Origin: Candidatus Multivoradales bacterium | GTDB lineage: Bacteria; Acidobacteriota; Thermoanaerobaculia; Multivoradales; JAHEKO01 | Length of the DNA: 64,000 nucleotides | Reading direction: 5' to 3' | Assembly: GCA_965223855.1 (NCBI GenBank) | Contig: CBDCXM010000008.1 | Coordinates: forward strand, 480,001-544,000 | Part shown: in pieces, positions 30,673 to 39,967 of the stretch | Layout of the letters: each line of letters opens with the position of its first letter | Position numbering within the stretch: position 1 is the first letter of the stretch | The notes under the pieces: model-generated | Databases searched by the model: none | What the model was told of the DNA's origin: nothing | The model's input: the letters and a program-made list of their open reading frames with translations, nothing else | Made by a program: the position numbers and the translations under genes

Positions 30673-31494
30673 GTGAGCAAGACCGTACTGATCACCGGAG
30701 CGTCCTCGGGAATGGGCAAGGCTGCCGCCCTGCTCTTCGCCGAGGGTGGCCACAGGGTGTATGCCGCCGCGCGTCGCATCGACCGCATGCAGGAGGAACT
30801 GGCCCCCAGGGGCATCGTGCCCGTCGCACTCGATGTGACGAAGCCGGAGGACAACGAGCGTGTCGTGAAGCAGATAGTCGAGGCTGAAGGCCGCATCGAT
30901 GTCCTGATCAACAACGCAGGCTTCGGCCTCTACGGCCCGGTCGAGGACGTACCGCTCGACGACGCCCGCTACCAGTTCGAGGTCAACCTCTTCGGAATGG
31001 CCGATCTGACGCAGCAGGTACTGCCGCACATGCGGGCGCAGAGGGGAGGCCGCATCATCAACACCTCGTCGATGGGGGGCAGAATCTACACGCCGCTCGG
31101 CGCCTGGTACCACGCGACCAAGCACGCCGTCGAGGGTTGGTCGGACTGCCTCCGGATCGAGCTGGCCCCTTTCAATATCCAGGTCGTCGTCGTCCAACCC
31201 GGCGGCATCAGGACCGAGTTCGGGGACGTCACCGGAAAGCAGCTCAAGAAGTACTACGACCGGAGCGCTTATCAAGGCCAGATGGAGCCGTTTCTCAGGA
31301 TGATGGAAGACCCGCGCACCTTCGAGCGCGGTACCGCACCCGAGGTACTCGGGAAGGTCTTCCTAGAAGCCGCTACGAGCCCCAGGCCCAGGCGCCGCTA
31401 CGTCAAGGGGATGGGCGCCCGACCGCTGATGTTCATCCGGAAGTGGTTCGGCGACGGCGTCTACGAGTTCCTGCTCAGCCGCCTGTTCCGATGA
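30673..31494 (+). CDS. Short-chain dehydrogenase/reductase
   Basis: TGASSGMG, NNAGFG, YHATKHAVEG. Confidence 0.94.
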   Translation: MSKTVLITGASSGMGKAAALLFAEGGHRVYAAARRIDRMQEELAPRGIVPVALDVTKPEDNERVVKQIVEAEGRIDVLINNAGFGLYGPVEDVPLDDARYQFEVNLFGMADLTQQVLPHMRAQRGGRIINTSSMGGRIYTPLGAWYHATKHAVEGWSDCLRIELAPFNIQVVVVQPGGIRTEFGDVTGKQLKKYYDRSAYQGQMEPFLRMMEDPRTFERGTAPEVLGKVFLEAATSPRPRRRYVKGMGARPLMFIRKWFGDGVYEFLLSRLFR

Positions 31495-31561
31495 GCCGCG
31501 CTACCTCTTCACAGATGCAGGAAGCAGGCATGAGACACCATCGCCAGCCCGGAGGAGACCG

Positions 31562-33163
31562 ATGAAGTCGAGAGCAGCCGTCGACCACCTGGATCCGCAG
31601 ATGTGGGCGAGGACGCCCGCGGAGCAGAGACTCGAACTGCTCGAGCAGGTCCGCGAGAACCTCAAGACGCATGGAGACGAACTCGCCGCCTCCGACACGA
31701 AGATGAAGAACGAGCTGATGGGCGAGCCGCTCTACAACGATGCGCTCTCGAAGGTGGGCACCGTCGTACCGATGGCCAACACCGTCGTCGCGGCGATCGC
31801 GCTTTACGAAGGCCTCGTCCGCGGCGAAATGCCCCAGCCGCTGGAGGTTAGAAAGGTCGCGGCGGGGCTCTACGACATCAAGGTCTTCCCATCCTCGGCG
31901 AAAGACCGACTCTTGTATGGCGACCGTACGGAAGTCCTGCGGGTCAAGGGTGAACCGAAGCAGATCAACCCGATGGAGAAGCCCGCCGGCGTCATCGCCG
32001 TGCTGGGTGCCGGCAACTACTCCTCATCCCTAGAGATGCTCAAGGCCATCTTCTTCGAGAACTGCACCGTCGTGCACAAGCCCCACCACCTCAATGCCGC
32101 TACCGATCGGGTTTGGGAGACGATCATGCAGCCGTTGGTCGCACACCGGGTCCTCAGCTTCGCGGACCACGATCAGGGCCGAGAACTGACCACGGAGCCA
32201 GGACTCTCGAGGATCTACTTCACCGGAGGGTCCGGCACGGCCCAGGCGATCATGCAGGCCACAGAGACGCCTCTCGTGAGTGAATGCGGCGGCAACAATC
32301 CCTGTCTGGTGGTGCCCGGCGACCGACCGTGGACCGCCAAGGAGATGGCTCATCAGGCCCGGCAGATTGCCACCATCTCCAAGTTGAACGGTGGAGCTGT
32401 GTGCGGGAGGGTGCAGACGATCGTGACCTCGAAGCGGTGGCCCCAGCGGGAGGAGTTCCTGGCCGTCCTCAGGACGGCGATTGCCGAGGACACGCCGGCT
32501 GCGGGCACCTACTATCCCGGCTCTGACAACGTCTTCCGGAGATTCAAGGAAGCCTACCCGGACGCGGAGATCCTCGAACCCGAAGACGGCAGGTACAGGA
32601 GTGCGAGCTTCATGGTGATCACCGGCGCGGATGAGGAGGGCTATGCGACCGCCAACGAGGCCTTCTGTCAGATCCTCAGCGAGGTGCCGCTCGACACGGA
32701 GGCGAACGCGGAGGACTTCCTGCCAGCGGCAGTGACCTTCTGCAACACACGCCTCCACGGGACCCTGGCCAGCTGTATCCTGATCGATGAAGACACGAAG
32801 AAGGCCCACGAGGAGGTCCTGGAGCAGGCGGTGACGGACCTCGAGTACGGTGCGATCGCCATCAACACGATGCCGCCCTTCATCTTTCTCAGTCCCTGGC
32901 TGACCTGGGGTGGCAACGAGGAAGGCAGGGAATTCGTCTCCGGTCAGGGCAACTTCGGCAACGGGATGAACTTCGAGAGCGTCGAGAAGTCGATCATGAC
33001 CGCCGGCTTCATGTCGCCCGGACACATGATCCAGACCAACAAGAGCGCCTTCGACAGCATGGCGCTCAACATGGCGCGCTATGCCGTCGAGCCAGGCTGG
33101 CTGAACCTGATGCGACTGATGGGCGGCGCCGTCAGGGACTCTTTCCGTGGCAAGGACTTCTAG
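31562..33163 (+). CDS. Aldehyde dehydrogenase family protein (divergent)
   Basis: GAGNY, FTGGSGT, ECGGNNP, catalytic Cys in GAVCG, EAFC. Confidence 0.82.
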   Translation: MKSRAAVDHLDPQMWARTPAEQRLELLEQVRENLKTHGDELAASDTKMKNELMGEPLYNDALSKVGTVVPMANTVVAAIALYEGLVRGEMPQPLEVRKVAAGLYDIKVFPSSAKDRLLYGDRTEVLRVKGEPKQINPMEKPAGVIAVLGAGNYSSSLEMLKAIFFENCTVVHKPHHLNAATDRVWETIMQPLVAHRVLSFADHDQGRELTTEPGLSRIYFTGGSGTAQAIMQATETPLVSECGGNNPCLVVPGDRPWTAKEMAHQARQIATISKLNGGAVCGRVQTIVTSKRWPQREEFLAVLRTAIAEDTPAAGTYYPGSDNVFRRFKEAYPDAEILEPEDGRYRSASFMVITGADEEGYATANEAFCQILSEVPLDTEANAEDFLPAAVTFCNTRLHGTLASCILIDEDTKKAHEEVLEQAVTDLEYGAIAINTMPPFIFLSPWLTWGGNEEGREFVSGQGNFGNGMNFESVEKSIMTAGFMSPGHMIQTNKSAFDSMALNMARYAVEPGWLNLMRLMGGAVRDSFRGKDF

Positions 33164-33178
33164 GGCGAACGGTCGGCC

Positions 33179-34183
33179 ATGAGAAGCGGCGGTTCGTTCG
33201 CGGTCCACCCGGGCTGGGCTGTTCTCCTCAAAGACGTCGGGATCGACGCCACGAGTGTCCTGCGCCGCGCAGCTCTACCCGACGACCTCTTCTCTCGCCC
33301 TTCAGCCTCGCTCTCCACACTTGACTACTTCCGCTTCTGGCAGGCGCTCGAAGAAGAGGCCGACGATCCGGCTCTACCCATTCGGCTGGGCAGCGGTATC
33401 TCGGTCGAGGCCTTCGACGCGCCGATCTTCGCCGCCCTGTGCAGCCCCAACCTCAACACGGCTCTGCAACGCATCCGCCGCTACAAGCCGCTGATCGGTC
33501 CGATGGCGCTCCACATAGACCAGGGGTCGACGGCAACGACGCTCGAGATCGAATTCCTCGAGAAGGCCATCCCACCCCCGCCGGTCCTGATCGCTACCGA
33601 GCTGGTGTTCTTCGTCGAGCTCGCTCGCCTCGCAACCCGCGAGGGGATTCGCCCAGCGGCCGTGGAAACCCCGGCCCCCCCTCGGCCGGCCGAGGCGTTC
33701 ACCAGCTACTTCGGCAACAGGGTCAGGACCGGACCGAAGCATGCCGTGACCTTCTCGGCGCTGGACGCTGCGCGCCCCTTCCTGACCAGAAACGACGCGA
33801 TGTGGCTCTTCTTCCGGCCCGAGCTGCGCAAGAGGCTCGCTGAACTAGATGAGACGGCCACCGTTTCGGACCGGGTCCGCGGCGCGCTCCTGGAACTGCT
33901 GCCGAGCGGAAGGTCGGCGCTCGGTGCGGTGGCGAACAGGCTCGCCGTCAGCACGAGAACCCTTCAACGGCGCCTGAGTGCCGAGGGCAGCAGCTTCCAG
34001 GAAGTCCTCGATTCGACGCGGGAAGCCCTCGCGCGACACTACCTGGGGAACTCGACGATGTCCGGAGGCCAGATCGCGTTCCTGCTCGGCTACGAGGACC
34101 CGAACTCCTTCTTCCGAGCCTTCCATGCCTGGACTGGTGAGACACCGGAGCAGGTTCGTCTCGTCACTTCCAGGGACTCCTAG
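33179..34183 (+). CDS. AraC family transcriptional regulator
   Basis: VANRLAVSTRTLQRRL, IAFLLGYEDPNSFFRAFHAWTGETP. Confidence 0.94.
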   Translation: MRSGGSFAVHPGWAVLLKDVGIDATSVLRRAALPDDLFSRPSASLSTLDYFRFWQALEEEADDPALPIRLGSGISVEAFDAPIFAALCSPNLNTALQRIRRYKPLIGPMALHIDQGSTATTLEIEFLEKAIPPPPVLIATELVFFVELARLATREGIRPAAVETPAPPRPAEAFTSYFGNRVRTGPKHAVTFSALDAARPFLTRNDAMWLFFRPELRKRLAELDETATVSDRVRGALLELLPSGRSALGAVANRLAVSTRTLQRRLSAEGSSFQEVLDSTREALARHYLGNSTMSGGQIAFLLGYEDPNSFFRAFHAWTGETPEQVRLVTSRDS

Positions 34184-34272
34184 GCCTCCAGCCCAGCCTC
34201 TCGGGTGGAGCCCGGAGTGGGACCCCACGACTACCGCCAACGCCAGGTCCCAGGACGCTCCCCGCAGCGACA

Positions 34273-34499
34273 GGCCCCGGCCGCCCGAAGACTGAGCACC
34301 GAGGGGGCTCCGAGCCGAGCCCGCTATCCACCCAATCAGCCGCACCGCTCCCCGGCGAAGGCGAAGGAGCGCGCGCCACCCACTCAACTACCCCGGTCGC
34401 GCAATGCCCCCCTCGGGCTCAGTCTTCGGACGGCCCGAGGGCCGGCATCGTCGCGATGCCGGTTCGATCAGAGATAAGTAACCTGTCACCGAAACTCCG
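34273..34499 (+). repeat. Palindromic repeat element family A, copy 3
   Basis: Highly similar to 30258-30474 in the same orientation; inverted arms at 34273-34307 and 34407-34443. Confidence 0.9.
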
Positions 34500-34586
34500 G
34501 ATCGATCCAGGCCAATCCGGAAACCAAGACCACACCGAGCCCCAGCACCACCAGCACGATCCCCGCCCAGCCACGCACCCCAAGCC

Positions 34587-35249
34587 CTAGCCCTTCCGCC
34601 ACTTGGAATGCTCCTCAGCCATCCGCTTCTTCGTAGCCGCCCAAGAACAGATCGGACAGGCGGAAAGGTCATGCCGAGCCGCCGGGCAATGCTCTCGCCC
34701 GAAATAGATGATCTGAAGATGCACCCGATTCCACGTCTCCTCGGGAAACACCGCCTTCAGATCAGCCTCCGTCCTGTCCACGTTCTTGCCCGTCGACAAC
34801 CCCCAGCGAGCCGCCAACCGATGAATGTGCGTATCCACCGGAAAGGCCGGAATCCCGAAAGCCTGCGCCATCACCACCGAAGCCGTCTTGTGCCCCACCC
34901 CCGGCAACGCCTCCAGCTCCGCGAAACTCCGCGGCACCTCCCCGCCGTGCCGCTCCACCAGGATCTCCGCCAGCTTCTTCACGTTCTTCGCCTTCGTCGG
35001 CGCCAACCCGCAGGTCTTGATGAACTCGAGGATCTGCTCCACCGAGAGCGCCGCCATCGCCTCCGGCGTCGGCGCCTTGTCGAAGAGTGCCGGCGTCACC
35101 ATGTTGACGCGGGCGTCGGTCGTCTGGGCCGAGAGCAGAACGGCGATCAGCAGCGTGAACGGATCGCGATGATCGAGCGGAATCGGCGGTCGAGGGTGGA
35201 GGTCGTTGAGGATGCCGAGGATCTTCTCGGCCTTTTCGGCGCGGGTCAT
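34587..35249 (-). CDS. nth: Endonuclease III
   Basis: LLSAQTTD, HhH LPGVGHKTA, VDTHIHRL, 4Fe-4S motif C-x6-C-x2-C (a fourth Cys is not evident). Confidence 0.96.
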   Translation of the reverse strand: MTRAEKAEKILGILNDLHPRPPIPLDHRDPFTLLIAVLLSAQTTDARVNMVTPALFDKAPTPEAMAALSVEQILEFIKTCGLAPTKAKNVKKLAEILVERHGGEVPRSFAELEALPGVGHKTASVVMAQAFGIPAFPVDTHIHRLAARWGLSTGKNVDRTEADLKAVFPEETWNRVHLQIIYFGREHCPAARHDLSACPICSWAATKKRMAEEHSKWRKG

Positions 35250-35293
35250 GCGGGTAGCATACCGACACCTGACCGAACCCGAGGAGGCTCCTC

Positions 35294-37183
35294 ATGCGCC
35301 CTGTTTCGCCCCGCCCGCTCGTCCTGGCTCTCGCTGCCGTCACCCTTGCCGTCGCTCCGCTGGGGGCGCAACGTACCGTCAAGCCGGTGCTCCACGGCAA
35401 GCACTGGGTGGCGATCACCGGCAAGCCGCTCGGCGCGACCGCCGGGGCGGTGACCTTCGCCAGGGGGGGCAACGCGGTCGACGCGGCGTGCGCCATGCTG
35501 GCGGCGACCTCGACCATGTGGGACACCCTCGGCTGGGGCGGCGAAACTCAGGCGCTGATCTACAACCCGGAGACGAAGAAGGTCATCGGCGTCAACGCCC
35601 TCGGCGTCGCGCCGACCGGGGCGACCGTCGAGTTCTTCAAGGAGCAGGGGTTCCTCTATCCGCCCGAGTACGGCCCGCTGGCCGCGGTCACGCCGGGTAC
35701 GCCCGGCGGCCTCCTCGTGATGCTCGAGAAATTCGGTCGCCTGTCGCTCGCCGAAGTGCTGGCACCGGCGATCGAGATGGCGGCCGGCTATCCGATCGAG
35801 GCATCGCAGGCCGACAACATGGAGCGCCGCCGGGAGATGCTCGCCTCGTGGCCCTACTCGAAGGAAGTCTTCCTGCCGCACCTCGACGAGGAGAACCCCG
35901 GGGAGCGCGCCGCCCCCTACCCGGGCGAGATCTTCCGCCAGACGGACCTTCACGCCACCCTGCTCAAGCTGGTCGAGACCGAGCAGAAGGCGCTCGACGC
36001 CGGCAAGAGCCGCGAGGAGGCGATCCGCGCCGCCTACGACCGCTTCTACCGAGGCGACATCGCCGAAGAGCTGGTGCGCTCGACCCGGGAGCAGGGCGGG
36101 CTCATCACGATGGAGGATCTCGACCGCTGGCAGGTCTACCTCGAGGAGCCGGTGACCGCCAACTACAAGGGGGTCGAGGTCTACAAGCTGACCCACTGGG
36201 TGCAGGGCCCGGTGATGCTCCAGGCGCTCAACATCCTCGAGAACCTGCCGGATCTCGCCGGCATGGGCTACAACTCGGCGTCCTACATCCATGCCCTCTA
36301 CCAGGCGATGAATCTCGCCTTTGCCGATCGCGACTTCTACTACGGCGACCCGTACACCCCGCCGGTCGAGCCGATCGAAGGGCTACTGTCCGAGGCGTAC
36401 GCCCGGGCGCGCTTCGAGGAGATCGACTGGGAGCGCAACGACGACGACACCAAACCGGGCGATCCATACCCCTTCCAGGGCGGCGAGCATCCGTTCCGCG
36501 ACCTGCTCGACGCCTGGACCAACATTCCGCCGGCCGCCGAGGCCGAAGGCGAGGACGGCTTTCAGCAGGCGTTCTCGATGACCGCCGACGAAGCGTTCGT
36601 CGCCGGCACCACCTCGATCCAGGCGGCGGACGCCGACGGCTGGGTGGTGTCGATCACCCCCTCGGGCGGCTGGATCCCCGCCGTGATCGCGGGCGAGACC
36701 GGCATCGGCCTGTCGCAGCGGATGCAGAGTTTCGTGCTCGACGAGCGGCTCAACCCGTACAACGTCGTCCAGCCGGGTCAACGCCCGCGGGCGACGCTCA
36801 CACCGGGCATGGCCCTCAAAGGCGGTGAGCCCTACCTCTCCTTCGCCGTCCAGGGGGGCGACACCCAGGACCAGAACCTGCTCCAGTTCTTCCTCAACGT
36901 GTTCGAGTTCGGGATGAACGTGCAGCAGGCGGTGGAGGCGGCCAACATCACGAGCTACCAGATGCAGTCGAGCTTCGGTGCCCACAAAGCGGAGCCGGGA
37001 CGGCTGGTGGTGCGCGACGACGTGCCCGACTGGGTGATCGCGAAGCTCAGGGAGAAGGGCTACCGGGTCGAGACACGCCGCCGCACCTCCGGGCCGATCA
37101 CCGCCATCTACTTCGATCGCGAGCACGGCACGATGTGGGGCGGCGCCAGCGACTTCGGCGAAGACTACGGCGTCGCCTGGTAG
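35294..37183 (+). CDS. ggt: Gamma-glutamyltransferase family protein (secreted)
   Basis: GGNAVDAA, FYRGDIA, LAFADRD, nucleophile TTSI, PGQRPRATLTP, GGDTQ. Confidence 0.9.
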   Translation: MRPVSPRPLVLALAAVTLAVAPLGAQRTVKPVLHGKHWVAITGKPLGATAGAVTFARGGNAVDAACAMLAATSTMWDTLGWGGETQALIYNPETKKVIGVNALGVAPTGATVEFFKEQGFLYPPEYGPLAAVTPGTPGGLLVMLEKFGRLSLAEVLAPAIEMAAGYPIEASQADNMERRREMLASWPYSKEVFLPHLDEENPGERAAPYPGEIFRQTDLHATLLKLVETEQKALDAGKSREEAIRAAYDRFYRGDIAEELVRSTREQGGLITMEDLDRWQVYLEEPVTANYKGVEVYKLTHWVQGPVMLQALNILENLPDLAGMGYNSASYIHALYQAMNLAFADRDFYYGDPYTPPVEPIEGLLSEAYARARFEEIDWERNDDDTKPGDPYPFQGGEHPFRDLLDAWTNIPPAAEAEGEDGFQQAFSMTADEAFVAGTTSIQAADADGWVVSITPSGGWIPAVIAGETGIGLSQRMQSFVLDERLNPYNVVQPGQRPRATLTPGMALKGGEPYLSFAVQGGDTQDQNLLQFFLNVFEFGMNVQQAVEAANITSYQMQSSFGAHKAEPGRLVVRDDVPDWVIAKLREKGYRVETRRRTSGPITAIYFDREHGTMWGGASDFGEDYGVAW

Positions 37184-37195
37184 GCGGCTCCCGCC

Positions 37196-39472
37196 CTACT
37201 CGTCACCGTCGTCGTCAGCCTCCCCGCGGACGACGCGGCGGCGCTCGATCTCACGGCGCCGCTCCTCGCGGATCTCGCGCCGCACCTGCTCGAGCTCGTC
37301 GTGGACCTCCTCCATCCGCTCGTCGCGGATCCGGTGAATGCGCTCACGGACCGGCTCGAGCTCCTTTCGAAGCTGTTCCATCCGCTCGCGGTGCGGTTCG
37401 AGGGAGTGGCGGATCTCCTCCATCCGCACCCGATGCTCCTCCATCCGGGCACGGATCTCCTCGCCGTGCTCCTCCATGTGCTGCTGCATCTCCTGCCGAT
37501 GGACCTCCATCTCCTGGCGCTGCTCTTCGAGACGCTCGCGAACCTCTTCCATCCGCTGCCGGATCGCCTCGGCCTCCTCGCCCTCGGCTCGCGCCAGCTC
37601 CGCACCGAGCCGCGCCTGCTCCATCGCAGCCTCGGCGAGGGCGGCGGACTGCGCCGCCATCGCATCGCCCGCGCCAGAGGCGTGGAAATCACGTAGGCCG
37701 ATCTCGCTCATCTCCGCGCCCAGCCGGCTCATCTCTTCCTGGAACGGGCGCATCTCGAGCTCGAGCTCCTCCATGCTTTCGAGCAGCGGCTGCATGGCCG
37801 ACTCCATCTCGCGCTCGATCTCTTCGTGGATGGGGCGCATCACCTCTTCGAGCCGCTCGAGCTTCTCGCGCAGCGCTTCGTCGAGCTCGTAGGTGGATTC
37901 CCAGCCTTCGTCGAACCAGTCGTCGTCCATCGACTCGTCGTCGGGACGGGGCGCGCGAGGAGCCGTGGGTGCCACCACCGGGCTCGGCTCTTCTTCCGGC
38001 GAGGGGCTCGCCTGCGGAGCGGACACCGCCGCCTGAACCCAGGCCACCTTCGGTGTCGGCGCGACGGCCGGTGTCGGCGCGACAACAGGGGCCGGCGCGA
38101 TCGACAGATCGACGCTCGGTTCCACAGAGACATCGCCGACGGCGACCATTGGACTACCCGCGAGCGCAGCCGGGACCGATGGGGCGACCGGCCTCACCTG
38201 GGGCGACGGGGCAGGTGAAGGAGCGACCGCCGGAGCCGGCAACGGCCCGACGAGATCGACCGGCCCGACGATCCCGTCCGGTCCGACGACTGGCGCTGCC
38301 TCGGGGGAAGCTGGAGCCACGGGAGCCTCGGGGACCTCGCCGACGACTGCCGAAGACGCCTGCGGTGCCGGCGCAGGCGCCGACGCCCGGGGTGCCTGAG
38401 GAGGCCGGGGCGCCTCGGGAGCTTCGGACCTGACGGTCGCGAGCACCGGCAGAGCCACGACGAGCAACGCGGAGACGAGCAGCCCGCTGCGAAGCGGGCG
38501 ACGGGAACGGTTCGAGAGAATCGACATCAGTCTTCCTTCCATGGGTGTGCGGCGCGCCATGTCGAGCGCAGCCACGTCGAGAACGGCGGCCCCGCGTCTT
38601 GCCGCGGCCGCCTGAGCGATCGCCAGCAGGTGCTGGGCATAGGTGCTCGGCCGGGTGCCGAGATCCAGAACCGCCTGATCGCACGCGAGCTCCTGTTCCG
38701 TCCGCAGACGGGTGAGTCCGAGCCAGGCGACCGGATGAAACCAGTAGAGGGCGCAGCCGAGCCGCGCCAGCACGCGCACGATCCAGTCGTGGCGCGCAAC
38801 GTGAGTGAGTTCGTGGGCGAGCACGAGTTCGAGTCGCTCGCGACTCCAGCTCCGGCAGGCGGGCGGAAGCACGACCGTCGGCTTCCGCCACCCCCAGGTG
38901 GCGGGACCCGAGACCTCCTCGGAGACGATCAGCTCGACCGGCCGCCCGATTCCGAGGCGGCGGCGCAACGCCGCGGCCATGAGATCGACATCGGTCGAGG
39001 GGGCGGACGAGCGCCGACGAATCGAGCGCAACCGCACGAGCCCGAGGGCCAGCCAGCCGACGACGGCAACGACCCCCAGCAGCCAGCTGGCGAGCAGCAG
39101 CTCACCCGCGTGGCGGCGCACGAAGGCGCCGACCGGATCGAACTCGGGTACCGAGACCGCGACCGCGCCGAGCGTCGCGGTCGTGCGGCCCGGCGACCCG
39201 AGCCCGGCGGACGGGAGAATCGACTGCACCCCGAAGGAGGTCTCCTCTCCCGAAGGCGGGACGGAAGCTCCCGCAGGCAGGATCGGGAGCGGAGGCAGGG
39301 TGAGAGTCAGCAGCGGCAGGGCGAGGACACCGACGATCGTCGCCGTCCACAGCCCCTGACGCACCGCCGGCGCCGCCTTGCGCAGCAGGGCGGCCGCCAG
39401 CCCCGCGAGCAGCCACAGGACGCTGCCGCGAAGCGCCACATCGACGAGAAACGAAGAGCCCGGGTCAATCAT
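37196..39472 (-). CDS. BlaR1/M56 family metallopeptidase with Pro/Ala-rich linker and coiled-coil C-terminus
   Basis: HELTHVARHDW, WFHPVAW, EQELACD; coupled to blaI by a 4-nt overlap. Confidence 0.9.
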   Translation of the reverse strand: MIDPGSSFLVDVALRGSVLWLLAGLAAALLRKAAPAVRQGLWTATIVGVLALPLLTLTLPPLPILPAGASVPPSGEETSFGVQSILPSAGLGSPGRTTATLGAVAVSVPEFDPVGAFVRRHAGELLLASWLLGVVAVVGWLALGLVRLRSIRRRSSAPSTDVDLMAAALRRRLGIGRPVELIVSEEVSGPATWGWRKPTVVLPPACRSWSRERLELVLAHELTHVARHDWIVRVLARLGCALYWFHPVAWLGLTRLRTEQELACDQAVLDLGTRPSTYAQHLLAIAQAAAARRGAAVLDVAALDMARRTPMEGRLMSILSNRSRRPLRSGLLVSALLVVALPVLATVRSEAPEAPRPPQAPRASAPAPAPQASSAVVGEVPEAPVAPASPEAAPVVGPDGIVGPVDLVGPLPAPAVAPSPAPSPQVRPVAPSVPAALAGSPMVAVGDVSVEPSVDLSIAPAPVVAPTPAVAPTPKVAWVQAAVSAPQASPSPEEEPSPVVAPTAPRAPRPDDESMDDDWFDEGWESTYELDEALREKLERLEEVMRPIHEEIEREMESAMQPLLESMEELELEMRPFQEEMSRLGAEMSEIGLRDFHASGAGDAMAAQSAALAEAAMEQARLGAELARAEGEEAEAIRQRMEEVRERLEEQRQEMEVHRQEMQQHMEEHGEEIRARMEEHRVRMEEIRHSLEPHRERMEQLRKELEPVRERIHRIRDERMEEVHDELEQVRREIREERRREIERRRVVRGEADDDGDE

Positions 39473-39858
39473 CGCCCTTCCTCCCGCGCCGTATCGATCA
39501 ACGACTGCAGGCGGTCGATCTCCTCGCCGCTCAGGTCTGTGTCGCCGATCTCCAGCAACGCCGCCACGGCACTCGCCGCCGATCCGTCGAAGAAGGTCGC
39601 GAGCACATGCTCCAGGGCACGCTCACGAGCCTTCTCGCGAGGCACCGTCGGCACGAAGATGTAGCGGTTCTCCTCCACCTCGTGCCGCAGATGCCCCTTC
39701 TCCTCGAGGATCCGCAACAACGCCCGCACCGCCGAGTACGACGGCGCATCCGGCAAAGCCTCCCGCACCTCCGCGGCGCCGGCCCGACCGGCAGCGTAAA
39801 TGACGTCCATGATCTGCCGTTCCCGGCGGCTCAGATGGCGGCTCTTGTCGTCGCTCAT
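39469..39858 (-). CDS. blaI: BlaI/MecI/CopY family repressor
   Basis: LSRRERQIMDVIY, YSAVRALLRILEEKG, TFFDGS. Confidence 0.92.
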   Translation of the reverse strand: MSDDKSRHLSRRERQIMDVIYAAGRAGAAEVREALPDAPSYSAVRALLRILEEKGHLRHEVEENRYIFVPTVPREKARERALEHVLATFFDGSAASAVAALLEIGDTDLSGEEIDRLQSLIDTAREEGR

Positions 39859-39882
39859 AGGGTTCGAGTACCTCGTGATCGA

Positions 39883-39937
39883 GTGCTATGTTTTTAGCAC
39901 TGCTAGAAAATTAGCATTCGGCGGCGACGTCTGTCAA
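39883..39937 (-). promoter_or_regulatory. blaI promoter with tandem palindromic operators
   Basis: GTGCTA-N6-TAGCAC (39883-39900) immediately followed by TGCTA-N6-TAGCA (39901-39916); on the minus strand TTGACA(39937-39932)-N18-TAATTT. Confidence 0.75.
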
Positions 39938-39967
39938 GCCCCCGGCTCGCCTGGAGGCGTGTCCCAC

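Noticed and set aside
37196-39858. Beta-lactam resistance locus
   Set aside because: No beta-lactamase or PBP gene is adjacent, and the M56 protein lacks a penicillin-binding sensor domain.
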